From Desulfobacterales bacterium (GTDB lineage Bacteria > Desulfobacterota > Desulfobacteria > Desulfobacterales > G020354645): a DNA stretch of 64,000 bases. Below the pieces are notes generated by a model. The model saw nothing but the letters and a program-made list of their open reading frames with translations, was not told the DNA's origin and did not search any database. Made by a program: the position numbers and the translations under genes. The stretch is from positions 4-64,003 of the forward strand of contig JASFTQ010000001.1 of NCBI GenBank assembly GCA_050053515.1, written 5' to 3'. Positions 1 to 8,922 of the stretch are shown here, piece after piece (the first letter of the stretch is position 1; each line of letters starts with the position of its first letter).

Positions 1-432
1 AAAGATATCAATGGTTTCCCCAAATGCGAACATTCCCAGCCCGAGCCCGACCACGAAAAAGAGCCCGTCCAGCTTTAGAGTCGACATTGACACCAGCGCC
101 GTACCGGGGCAATATCCGCCGACTACAAAACCAAAACCAAAAATAAATCCGCCGACAAGACCCGGCCACAAATAGGTAGTATTGATGTAAAGCCGGCTGT
201 AATTTAAAATGCCGAGGGCGTTGCACCAAAAAATGAGTAACATGGCGGTTACAATTGCAGTGAACATAACTTTTAGTACCCTCATATCCTTTAGGTAGAA
301 CTGGGCGGCCAGATTGCGGGAGTCACCGAAACCTGCGCGTTCCAGTGCAAACCCGAACCCGATACCGGTGATAAGGTAGAAAAAGTTCTGCCAAATGTGG
401 CCAAGGGATGCATTGATATCGAATGGCGCCAT
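1..432 (-). CDS. YeeE/YedE-family (DUF395, sulfur-compound transport) half-size membrane protein; the 3' end lies outside the window
   Basis: It is absent from the ORF track because it runs off the window edge. My translation of the minus strand from ATG 432-430 gives MAPFDINASLGHIWQNFFYLITGIGFGFALERAGFGDSRNLAAQFYLKDMRVLKVMFTAIVTAMLLIFWCNALGILNYSRLYINTTYLWPGLVGGFIFGFGFVVGGYCPGTALVSMSTLKLDGLFFVVGLGLGMFAFGETIDIF, and the frame stays open to position 1. The protein is hydrophobic and carries the GGYCPG cysteine motif typical of this family. It starts 11 nt downstream of the first YeeE/YedE gene. Confidence 0.7.
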   Translation of the reverse strand, partial: MAPFDINASLGHIWQNFFYLITGIGFGFALERAGFGDSRNLAAQFYLKDMRVLKVMFTAIVTAMLLIFWCNALGILNYSRLYINTTYLWPGLVGGFIFGFGFVVGGYCPGTALVSMSTLKLDGLFFVVGLGLGMFAFGETIDIF

Positions 433-443
433 GGTTTGTCACC

Positions 444-962
444 TCAATTCCATAGTTTTTTAACAAAATAAGCAAGCAAATATGCTCCGGCAAAAACTGA
501 AAACATGAAGGCCCAACTGCCTGCCGCTAGAACCGCTCCGCCAGATAATGCCTGACTGGACGTGCACCCGCGGGCGATCCGGACACCATACCCCGCAAGC
601 CCACCACCAATAATGGCAGCGACCCAACGGGAGCGGTCACTGATATGCGGTCCCTTGAGGGTTTCAACTCCGATCCGACCGGCGAGAAGGCCGGACAGGA
701 ATCCTCCCATCATGATTCCGACGATTTCATAAACCAACCAATCGTCCAGAGGATGATCGCTGTCGCGCAACAGGCCGACCAGGTAAGCATTTCGATCCGT
801 ATGACTTGGATAAAGGGTATCTGTTAAAGCGCCGGTAACCTTGGCGATGCCGCCGGACGCCCCCAAACCGTGTCCGAATAAAACATAGGATATAAAAAGG
901 ATCACACCGAGCAGTATGCCGGCAACATACGGGTTCAGGTAAGATATCCGTTTGTTATTCAT
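444..962 (-). CDS. YeeE/YedE-family (DUF395) half-size membrane protein
   Basis: 172 aa with multiple hydrophobic segments and the conserved cysteine motif RIARGCTSSQALSGG. Its start overlaps the stop of the upstream cytochrome b gene as ATGA (959-962). Confidence 0.75.
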   Translation of the reverse strand: MNNKRISYLNPYVAGILLGVILFISYVLFGHGLGASGGIAKVTGALTDTLYPSHTDRNAYLVGLLRDSDHPLDDWLVYEIVGIMMGGFLSGLLAGRIGVETLKGPHISDRSRWVAAIIGGGLAGYGVRIARGCTSSQALSGGAVLAAGSWAFMFSVFAGAYLLAYFVKKLWN

Positions 963-1600
963 CTGATTTGTTCCTTTTTGCTGTTTTCTTCTATGAATTC
1001 ATAACCAGTAATCATGGAGACGATGCTTGACAATGGTGCGTGCCCGGTTGTGGTCATGTAAACATGCCCGATGACAAACGCTAAAAACAGCCAGGCGCCA
1101 AAACGATGAATCGGTCCCAGTATGCTGAGGCCGCCGAACATTTCGGCGTAAACCGGCGTAAATTTCATGCTCCATTTAAGCAGGCCGGTTATAACCATAA
1201 GGGGTAACAATCCATTGAGGACCATAAAGTAGGCAATTTTTTGTAGAGGAAGCAAGCGCTTGGCCGGTGTCTTATCGAACGGATGGGGGTCTCCCTTGAA
1301 GATGCCGTATAAGTAATAGCTGACATGCGTGAATCCCAGTGTAAAAAAATCCTCAATCCCCGGAATATAGCGCTTCAACAGTCCGCCGGCCGCATTGTAA
1401 AATAGGGCAAGAAAGGCATTCAGCATCACAATGATACCAATGGTGTTGTGCAGGGACACGGCGGCTTTAAATTCAATAAATGCAAACGGGCCGGAAAAAC
1501 TAATCATAAACCCGGTAAGCAATAGCATCGCTACGCCGACTGCCTGAACCCAGTGCCAAATGCGTTCATAAACCGAGTAAAAATACACTTTTTTCTTCAT
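959..1600 (-). CDS. membrane cytochrome b (cytochrome b561 / Ni-Fe-hydrogenase b-subunit-like family)
   Basis: 213 aa. The N-terminal YERIWHWVQAVGVAMLLLTG block is typical of this family, and there are four hydrophobic helices carrying His residues. It begins 6 nt after the heptaheme gene. Confidence 0.7.
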   Translation of the reverse strand: MKKKVYFYSVYERIWHWVQAVGVAMLLLTGFMISFSGPFAFIEFKAAVSLHNTIGIIVMLNAFLALFYNAAGGLLKRYIPGIEDFFTLGFTHVSYYLYGIFKGDPHPFDKTPAKRLLPLQKIAYFMVLNGLLPLMVITGLLKWSMKFTPVYAEMFGGLSILGPIHRFGAWLFLAFVIGHVYMTTTGHAPLSSIVSMITGYEFIEENSKKEQIR

Positions 1601-1606
1601 TAGCGT

Positions 1607-3739
1607 TTACCCTTCGGTTCGTTTTCTCACGGCCAAGATCCTCAAAGCGCCGTGTGCAATCACACCCATAATGGCACCGATTACAATGGCGATTCCGATC
1701 ATGTCGATCCACAGAGGACGAAGAGTTCCGTGTATATAAACCTCACCGGGATCAATGGCGGGCTTGAAAACGAGACCGCCAACTTGTGTTATTTGAACTG
1801 TTCCCAGCATTTTGGTATGTGAGTCCTTTACCGGCTCGGGGATAATACCGCCGGGAACATACGCGGCCAACTCGACTTCTTGATTGATCCTAGAATTTTC
1901 ACTGTGACACACCTGGCAATCCCTTAAGGCAAAATTGCCTCCGACAACGCTATGGCTGTGGGTGTAAGGCTGTATTTCGCCTTTTATTTGTGGGTTGTCG
2001 AATCCCAACTTTTTTAGTTTGGCAACAATCAGCATTACTTTTTTTTCCGTATCCAGTCTTAGCTCGTGGGACGACAGATCGCCGCTACGATTCTCGTCCA
2101 GCGCAATAACAATTTCCGGGTGATACTCTCCTTTTTCTGTTAAGAATGCCATCTTTAAGTCCGCCAGTCGCAATGGACGTTCCGGGTTTCCTGCCACCCA
2201 GAACCACGAAGTGATGAAATTATTTGGACCCAATCGATATTTTCCATCCAATTCCTCATGAAGCAGCAATGTCGGATAATATCCGTCAATGATAGAGGTC
2301 GGATCATTAATTTTTCCCTGTACACCTCTATGATCTACTGCGGGGCTACCGTCCGGATAGATAACCGTCCAGTCGGTGATTTTGCGGGCCGGTGAATAAA
2401 TTTTGGGGATATGACAGGTCTGACAACTCAACTTTTCAAAATGCACTGATTTATAGGGTAAAAAAACATGGGTTGCCTCGGCATTGTGACAATCGCGGCA
2501 ATCTCTCATACTGCCATCCAGTCTTCGGGCCACCGTCCCTTGAGCAGTGTGGCCTTTGACCAAATTGTGGTCCGGTTTCTTAAGATAGTCGTTGTTACTG
2601 AGTCTGCGAGAGTCAAATCGTAAATGGCGCGGTTTTGATTCTGCCAGCTCCTTTTCATTGTATTGGGGATTGTTCATGGCATAATGGCAGTTGACACATC
2701 CAAGCAGCCGCTCCGCATGCACATCCCAGGGCCGCGACAGAGATGATTTATCCTTAAGATTCATTCCGGATGTGAAAATTTTTGCCGGTGAAAATATTTC
2801 TCCTGTGGTTTCAGCAGCCCAATTTTCAAGGGAATTTTCGAATATTACAGGATCTGGACAACGGCAGGTTTTTGCGTGACATAACCGGCAATTGGCGCTT
2901 TTTGGGTCAGATATCATTAACATTTCCGAAGGTATTGATCCGTCAGGTTGAAACTTTTTTTCCAACCATATATAGCCCGTTAAAGCCGGTTTGACGAGTC
3001 CGGTTCCCACCAATGTGGCTGTTGAGGCCCACCGGAATTGTCCCTTTTTTATCTCTTCAATTCGTGCAGCGTTATTCGGATTATTCATATGACATATCAA
3101 GCAGTTTAGCTCCAGGATGCCACTTGCTTTCCAATTCCACTTGCGGGGATTTCCGGAAACCGGATCAACAACATGCGTCTCAGGATCGACAGAGTCGGAG
3201 GCTACCAGATCGGTGAGGCGTTTTTCGGAATAACGGCTGAATTCAGCGGGTCCGCTACCGACGTGCCGAGGTCCCATGGTCATGATCCATTCGGCTGTGC
3301 CCATGTCCAGCTGATTATTCCCCCTGGATGACAAGACCCGATAGGTCAGCGAACTCCACCGACCAAACATTCCCGGGCCAGTGTCCCAAGCTCTTTGACT
3401 TGGTCCTTTACCGGGTTGGTGCATTTCGTCCAAACCGACCTGGGCATGGTAATTGTTTTGAGCGATATAAGTTGTATCATGACAACCGCCGCAAGTTCTC
3501 ATAAGAGACAGGGGAGCCCCGGATTTCAGGACGTTTTTACCGTCCTGGTCGAGCAAGCGGAGGGAGGGATGAATTCGTTTCGTTGCTGCTTCAGGGATGG
3601 GTTTTAGCTGTTTGAGGGTCAGCGGGGGAAATTCCGACTCAGCCGGGGATCTATCCGAAGCTGATGATGGAGATATGCTCAGGACTCCAAAAAACAGCAA
3701 CGTTGAAAAAACCCTCAGTGGTATTTTCGGAATATACAT
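1607..3739 (-). CDS. periplasmic heptaheme c-type cytochrome with a C-terminal membrane anchor
   Basis: 710 aa with a signal-like N-terminus. It has seven CXXCH motifs (CGGCH, CLICH, CRLCH, CVNCH, CRDCH, CQTCH, CQVCH) and a C-terminal hydrophobic helix IGIAIVIGAIMGVIAHGAL followed by a basic tail. Its ATG overlaps the otr stop as TAATG at 3737-3741. Confidence 0.8.
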   Translation of the reverse strand: MYIPKIPLRVFSTLLFFGVLSISPSSASDRSPAESEFPPLTLKQLKPIPEAATKRIHPSLRLLDQDGKNVLKSGAPLSLMRTCGGCHDTTYIAQNNYHAQVGLDEMHQPGKGPSQRAWDTGPGMFGRWSSLTYRVLSSRGNNQLDMGTAEWIMTMGPRHVGSGPAEFSRYSEKRLTDLVASDSVDPETHVVDPVSGNPRKWNWKASGILELNCLICHMNNPNNAARIEEIKKGQFRWASTATLVGTGLVKPALTGYIWLEKKFQPDGSIPSEMLMISDPKSANCRLCHAKTCRCPDPVIFENSLENWAAETTGEIFSPAKIFTSGMNLKDKSSLSRPWDVHAERLLGCVNCHYAMNNPQYNEKELAESKPRHLRFDSRRLSNNDYLKKPDHNLVKGHTAQGTVARRLDGSMRDCRDCHNAEATHVFLPYKSVHFEKLSCQTCHIPKIYSPARKITDWTVIYPDGSPAVDHRGVQGKINDPTSIIDGYYPTLLLHEELDGKYRLGPNNFITSWFWVAGNPERPLRLADLKMAFLTEKGEYHPEIVIALDENRSGDLSSHELRLDTEKKVMLIVAKLKKLGFDNPQIKGEIQPYTHSHSVVGGNFALRDCQVCHSENSRINQEVELAAYVPGGIIPEPVKDSHTKMLGTVQITQVGGLVFKPAIDPGEVYIHGTLRPLWIDMIGIAIVIGAIMGVIAHGALRILAVRKRTEG

Positions 3740-5220
3740 TAATCCCTCCAGGGGCCTGATGCGATCACCCTTTTGTAACTTCTACCACCGGCCAAGGCAG
3801 GATCAGCAGAATAGCCCAGTTTCCGCCAATTTAAACGGCCATTTTCACCGTGGCAGTCGGTACATTGCAGCGCATACTCCTTGGGTGTTACCATATGGCT
3901 TAGTACCCAGAACATGCGGGTTTCGGCAAATCCCAGTTTCCCGCTGAAAGCCAGTCCACTGTATTTGCTGCCCAGCTTTACGGCCTTTTGCCAATCAAAT
4001 TCAGTCCAATACCCCCCTTCTCCAACAGTTTTAGGAACCAGCAGGTATCGATGTTTGATATCATAGGGCTGCTTGGCGTGATGGATCTTAAACGGCCAGA
4101 TTAATGCGAGCGGGTCGTTAATACGGCCCATGGGAAAATTAATGTTCGTTACCTGTTGCGGATCAATCATATCACCCTTGATGTAGCGTGCGGAGTCACC
4201 ATTGAACCAATAATATTCAGGGATAAGCTCTCTGGCATATAAAAAGCTTCCCTTGATTTTAAGATATTTATGCGGATCGCTGGCTTTTATGTTCTTTCCC
4301 GCCGTCGACCAGTCCCATGCAATTTTAGTTGGTTCCTTGGTGGCAACTACAGGGATATGACATGTCTGGCAGGCCACAGAGGTTAAGTGTTGATTGAGGC
4401 GGTCCGATAGGTGGGGTGGAGTCGAGTGACAGTCAGTACACTTAACACCAATAGTATTCCTGGCGCTGACGGATATAATTCCTCCCGATATTTTATGATT
4501 GCGGGTGCGATGGCAGTCAATACACTGAAAATTGTGTTTTCCCATGTGGACATCGATCCGTTCCACCGGTTTGGCCAATGACCCGTCCAGATCTCCGTGT
4601 TTGACCGCATTGCCCCCGCCACCGTTAAAATGGCACCAGCCGCAGTTGTCACGTGTCGGTCTCCCCACACTTTTAGCTGCTGCCAGCAAATCGACACCGT
4701 CAGCGGGCAGGCCGTTAATGGTTTTGGAATACCCGCCTGAATGGTCGTGGCAGACTAGACAGTCGACATTTTTCTGATCTGTGAAATCAAAATTTTGGTC
4801 TTTCCAGCCGTACCCCGCATGACAGGTTGTGCATTTGGGCCAGTTACCTTCAATGCTGATGCAAAAATTGTTTATCAGGTTTCGTTTGCCGATTCGCAGA
4901 GGTTTTTTATGTCCAGAAACAACGACTTCCTCACCAAGCCAGGTCCAATGGGATGTTTGCATCACTTCTTTTGCGGCATTTGGATGGCAGTTTAAGCAAG
5001 CTTTCGTCACTGACGGACCATCCGAGAAGGACTGAGCTTTGAAAAGATAATCATGTGGTGTTGGGGCTGGTTTTTTTGCAACTTTGTGCCAGGGGTTGAA
5101 CGAGCGTGTATTTTTGCTTTTTTTTGTATCGAGGAGCAACAGGCTGGGTACGAACACAATGAGAATAGCAAAAATAAGAGAAAAAATTGTACGCAACCTT
5201 CCAACCATAATTTCACCCAT
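3739..5220 (-). CDS. otr: octaheme c-type cytochrome, tetrathionate reductase (Otr) family
   Basis: 493 aa with an N-terminal hydrophobic anchor or signal and eight CXXCH motifs. The blocks HWTW, INNFCI, CTTCHAGYGW, VDCLVCHD, CGWCHFNGGGG..VKHGDLD, VACQTCHIP, PEYYWFNG, IWPFK...QPYD and HMVTPKEYALQCTDCH match my recollection of Shewanella Otr-type octahemes. Confidence 0.8.
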   Translation of the reverse strand: MGEIMVGRLRTIFSLIFAILIVFVPSLLLLDTKKSKNTRSFNPWHKVAKKPAPTPHDYLFKAQSFSDGPSVTKACLNCHPNAAKEVMQTSHWTWLGEEVVVSGHKKPLRIGKRNLINNFCISIEGNWPKCTTCHAGYGWKDQNFDFTDQKNVDCLVCHDHSGGYSKTINGLPADGVDLLAAAKSVGRPTRDNCGWCHFNGGGGNAVKHGDLDGSLAKPVERIDVHMGKHNFQCIDCHRTRNHKISGGIISVSARNTIGVKCTDCHSTPPHLSDRLNQHLTSVACQTCHIPVVATKEPTKIAWDWSTAGKNIKASDPHKYLKIKGSFLYARELIPEYYWFNGDSARYIKGDMIDPQQVTNINFPMGRINDPLALIWPFKIHHAKQPYDIKHRYLLVPKTVGEGGYWTEFDWQKAVKLGSKYSGLAFSGKLGFAETRMFWVLSHMVTPKEYALQCTDCHGENGRLNWRKLGYSADPALAGGRSYKRVIASGPWRD

Positions 5221-5363
5221 TCAGTAGTTAGATTGCCCTGTCAACCTCCCATAGCTTTTGGTATATAAATCGCTTACACTCTGATTTTATGGGGAATGAG
5301 TTCAAAATTTGGTGGCAAAAATAGACCCCTGGACAATTGATAAAACTTTTAGCGCATATTTAT

Positions 5364-7823
5364 TTACTTGCCTTCTTTTTTCTTTTTTTCTTCTTCGGCT
5401 TCACCGCCGAATTTTTTGATTTTCTCGGCAAGATCTTTGAGTTTTTGATCGACGAGAAAATTGATGGTTCCTTCAGGATACGCAGCATTCGGTCCCTTTT
5501 CACCCGCTGGTTGGCCGGTTAAGATCTCAATGCCTTCATCGATGGTTCCGACGGAATGAATATGGAATTTGCCGTCTTGAACGGCTTTGACAACATCCTT
5601 GCGCAGCATCAGATCTTTGACATTGCTGGCCGGGATCATTACGCCCTGGTTCCCGGTCAGCTCCTTTTGCCGGCAGCAATCAAAAAAACCTTCGATTTTC
5701 TGGTTGACACCGCCGATGGCCTGAATCTCTCCTTTCTGATTGACCGAGCCGGTTACGGCAATGTTTTGTTTGATCGGAATTCCCGAAAGGCTGGACAGCA
5801 GGGCATAGATTTCGGTAGAAGAAGCGCTGTCGCCGTCAACCCCGCTGTAGGACTGTTCAAAAGCAATGCTGGCGCTCATGGTCAGCGGTTTTTCTTGTGC
5901 GTATTTGTGGCGCAGATACCCGCCCAGGATCAAAACACCTTTGTTGTGCGTGTTGCCGGACATGTCGGCTTCGCGTTCGATGTTGATCACCCCGGCCCGC
6001 CCCATGGACGTTGAAGCCGTGATGCGGGAGGGTTTGCCGAACATGTAATCCCCCAGTGAATAGACCGCCAATCCGTTGACCTGCCCGACGACCTCACCGT
6101 CCCTGTCGATCATCAGGGTGCCGCGATCGATCATTTCCTGAATATGCTGTTCGACTAAATTCGAGCGGTAAATTTTGGATTCGATGGCCTTGTCCACGTG
6201 TTTTTCCTGGACCACTGCTGCGTTTTCCTCACCCGCCCAGAAATCGGCCTCTCGAATAAAATCGGTGATGGTCGGAAAGCTGGTGGAGATTTTTTCCTGC
6301 CGGCCGGTCATGCGGACGGCCTGTTCCACCAGGGCAGCTAGTGCAGTTCGATCAAATGCTTTTAAGGTTTCCTCGTCGCAGACCATCTTGACGAATTCCG
6401 CGAATTGCATAATGCTTTGTTCGTTTTTATCCATGGCTGTATCAAAGTCCGCCCGGACTTTAAAAATTTTTTTGACGTCTTCATCGTAATACAGCAGCAG
6501 ATGATACAAGTAGGCATCGGCCACGACAACCACCTTGGTATCCAGTTCGATGGGCTCTGGTTTTAACCCCGTGGTGGTGAAAAAATAAAAGGGATCATAC
6601 GTTTGAATCTCCAGTTTTTTGCTCTTGAGCGCCCGCTTCAACGCCGACCACACGCCGGGCTCTATGATAGCGTCCCGTAGATTGAGCACCAGGAAACCAC
6701 CGTTGGCCTGGATGAGAGAACCGACCTTAATCTTGCTGAAGTCCGTACGCCATACACCTTTGCGATCGACAATCCGCTCAATGCTGCCGAATATGTTGCG
6801 ATACGTGGGATAATCTTCTACCATCACCGGCGGACTTTTGCGACCGCTGTTGTCCACTATAAGATTGACCTCATAAGGCTGGAAAGCATTGGTATCCGGC
6901 ATTAACTGGGGCAGCCCCGGGATCTGTGGTTCCCCTTGAGGGCTGAAAATACTGAGATTGTCGGCCATATCTTCGAGCATATTTTGCAGGTATCTTTTGA
7001 TGATATCGTATTTGTATTGTTCGATGATCGGGGTGGCCATTTCGAAGGCGGTTTTCAAAAAGGTGGCCCGATCCATTTTTTCCATTTTTTGCGTTACATC
7101 TTTCTGCAGATCCCTGAGTTCCAGAAAGATCTGATCGATCTGGGTTTTTAGCGTTGCGTGCTTTTGCTTTAGCTGTTCATATTCCTCCTTGGGAAACCGG
7201 CCTTTTTCCACCAGGGACTCAAGCTGCTCGATTGGAACCGGTTTGCCGTCCACCAGAGGCATAACCGCCGGTCGCTTGAATTGACCGATCTGTACATCCA
7301 CAATGGTAAATCCTTCCTCTTTGACTTTCTGATCCAGAGCTTTGAAAAAGCTGCTGGCCTTTTGCTCATAGGCCTCCGTGATCTCTTTTTTCATATTGAT
7401 GTATTCCTGGCTTTCAAAAAGCTGGGGTATCTCTTTTTTGAGGGTATCCACCAGGTTCTTGACATCTTTTTTAAACGCAGCGCCGCTGCCGCCGGAAAGC
7501 CGGATTAAAATAGGACTTTCCGGATCTTTGAAATTATTGACGTAGCAAAGGTCATCGGGCACCCTGTCTTTTTTCGACATTTCTTCGAGCAATTTTTTGA
7601 CGGTCGCCATTCTGCCCGAACCGGCCATTCCGGTCACAAATACGTTGTAACCCGGTTTATCGATATTGATACCAAAACGAAAAGCCGCCACGCCTCTTTC
7701 TTGTCCGATGATTTTTTTCAGCGGTTGGAGATCTTGGGTGCTTTCAAAAGGAAGAGAGGCGGAATCGAGTCGCCATCTTAGTTTTTCCACCGGCACCTGT
7801 GCGGATGAATTAACTTGGGGCAT
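5364..7823 (-). CDS. Lon-like protease: degenerate AAA (AAA_32-type) domain plus a Lon S16 C-terminal proteolytic domain
   Basis: 819 aa. The P-loop-like motif VTGMAGSGRMAT has Arg (AGA) where the Walker A Lys is expected. The C-terminal Lon-type catalytic region is GVDGDSASSTEIYALLSSL ... IGGVNQKIEGFF. The gene lies 32 nt downstream of hsp20. Confidence 0.8.
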   Translation of the reverse strand: MPQVNSSAQVPVEKLRWRLDSASLPFESTQDLQPLKKIIGQERGVAAFRFGINIDKPGYNVFVTGMAGSGRMATVKKLLEEMSKKDRVPDDLCYVNNFKDPESPILIRLSGGSGAAFKKDVKNLVDTLKKEIPQLFESQEYINMKKEITEAYEQKASSFFKALDQKVKEEGFTIVDVQIGQFKRPAVMPLVDGKPVPIEQLESLVEKGRFPKEEYEQLKQKHATLKTQIDQIFLELRDLQKDVTQKMEKMDRATFLKTAFEMATPIIEQYKYDIIKRYLQNMLEDMADNLSIFSPQGEPQIPGLPQLMPDTNAFQPYEVNLIVDNSGRKSPPVMVEDYPTYRNIFGSIERIVDRKGVWRTDFSKIKVGSLIQANGGFLVLNLRDAIIEPGVWSALKRALKSKKLEIQTYDPFYFFTTTGLKPEPIELDTKVVVVADAYLYHLLLYYDEDVKKIFKVRADFDTAMDKNEQSIMQFAEFVKMVCDEETLKAFDRTALAALVEQAVRMTGRQEKISTSFPTITDFIREADFWAGEENAAVVQEKHVDKAIESKIYRSNLVEQHIQEMIDRGTLMIDRDGEVVGQVNGLAVYSLGDYMFGKPSRITASTSMGRAGVINIEREADMSGNTHNKGVLILGGYLRHKYAQEKPLTMSASIAFEQSYSGVDGDSASSTEIYALLSSLSGIPIKQNIAVTGSVNQKGEIQAIGGVNQKIEGFFDCCRQKELTGNQGVMIPASNVKDLMLRKDVVKAVQDGKFHIHSVGTIDEGIEILTGQPAGEKGPNAAYPEGTINFLVDQKLKDLAEKIKKFGGEAEEEKKKKEGK

Positions 7824-7855
7824 ATTTACCTCCTTTTTGTGTCATTCCAAAGATA

Positions 7856-8302
7856 TCATTTGACTGTAATGGTAATTCCGCGTGCTTCCCTGGGCTTGCA
7901 CTTCGGCAACACAATTTTCAAGGTGTCTTCCTCGTAAGTGGCTGTAACCTCATCGGTCAGTACCCGGCAAGGAAGGGTTATGGATCTGGCAAAAGAGCGC
8001 GAACTCGTCTGGATCCGCTGGTAATCTTGCCCCTTCTCGGTGGTTTTTTCGCTGATTTCTCCTTTGAAGGTCAAGGTGTCTTCGGTGACTGAGATCTGAA
8101 TATCCTCCGGTTGTAACCCCGGAAGCTTTGCCCTGATGGTCAGGGTTTCCTCCGTTTCGGAAAGATCCATGGTGAAGAATTCCGCCGCTCCCACCAAGCT
8201 GCGGGGCAAGCCAAAATCCCTGCGAAATCTTCTGAAAAGCTGCTCCAGCTCTTCCCGCATTTTATCGATTTCTTGCTTTTTCCATAAGATTAACTCGGCC
8301 AT
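7856..8302 (-). CDS. Hsp20/alpha-crystallin family small heat-shock protein
   Basis: 148 aa. The alpha-crystallin domain pattern is present (LTIRAKLPGLQPEDIQISVTEDTLTFKGE ... RSITLP ... ATYEEDTLKIVLPK). Confidence 0.9.
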   Translation of the reverse strand: MAELILWKKQEIDKMREELEQLFRRFRRDFGLPRSLVGAAEFFTMDLSETEETLTIRAKLPGLQPEDIQISVTEDTLTFKGEISEKTTEKGQDYQRIQTSSRSFARSITLPCRVLTDEVTATYEEDTLKIVLPKCKPREARGITITVK

Positions 8303-8372
8303 GCTAAATCTCCTTATCCTTGTGCTGATAAAATCTGTAAATTAAGATTGTCATGTCATTCGCGTAGAAACA

Positions 8373-8401
8373 ATTATCTTCTATACACGGCGTCATGACA
8401 A
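8373..8401 (-). promoter_or_regulatory. candidate sigma-70-type promoter of hsp20, bracketed by inverted ATTGTCATG repeats
   Basis: On the minus strand, TTGTCA (8401-8396) is followed by 17 nt and then GATAAT (8378-8373). Inverted copies of ATTGTCATG sit at 8347-8355 and 8394-8402. This rests on sequence pattern only. Confidence 0.25.
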
Positions 8402-8663
8402 TTCAGGCATTCGCCTTTTCAATCGCTGATTTTAAAGATACCGCATAGAATCAAAATGCAGCACGCTGTGTGGGTATGCGCAATGATTTATGCCATTCTG
8501 TATAATTGGAGCTCACCGCATTGAAGGGCGAGGCCCGCCATGCAGGGCTGGTCAATTTGAGTTTTTAGCATAAATATTGTTTAATCGAGATGCAACCATT
8601 TTTTGAAATTATGCTTTAACTTTCCGGACTTATTTAGTAGAAACTTAGCATCATTTAATAGTT

Positions 8664-8877
8664 GAGGGGTCGGGGTGTTTTTTTCACGACAAGATGATCG
8701 CCCCGGTGCTTCTAATGGACAGAGGGCGATTGCCGCCGAGAAAGGCAAAACGCGGTGTCGGTTCTTGTTGGAGTGAACGTTTTAATAGCTGGCAGTAAAA
8801 TGCAAGGTAGTTGCCGCTGTCTGGCTTGGCAGGCAACAACCCGGCATCTTGCCGTGAAAAAAATACCCCGGCCCCTC
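8664..8877. mobile_element. MITE-like element, family A, copy 1 (reverse orientation relative to copy 2)
   Basis: About 214 bp. The terminal inverted repeats of about 33 bp are GAGGGGTCGGGGTGTTTTTTTCACGACAAGATG on the left and, as reverse complement of the right end, GAGGGGCCGGGGTATTTTTTTCACGGCAAGATG. An identical 11-bp direct repeat ATTTAATAGTT flanks it at 8653-8663 and 8878-8888. It is near-identical over its full length to 48218-48432. Confidence 0.75.
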
Positions 8878-8922
8878 ATTTAATAGTTAACAAACGGAAA
8901 ACGAAAAAAGGGGTGCCGCAAA

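Noticed and set aside
8-229. The track ORF of 73 aa on the minus strand at the window start.
   Set aside because: It is in the wrong frame. The same DNA encodes a convincing YeeE/YedE-family protein in another minus-strand frame (ATG 432, open to position 1).
8480-8495. A near sigma-54 motif on the minus strand upstream of hsp20 (TGGCAT-AAATCA-TTGC).
   Set aside because: The spacer is 6 nt instead of 5, so the GG-GC spacing is off by one. That spacing is normally invariant.
8664-8877. Whether any of the repeat families represent CRISPR arrays.
   Set aside because: The copies are dispersed singletons of 126-306 bp with terminal inverted repeats. There is no regular repeat-spacer periodicity, and no cas genes are present.
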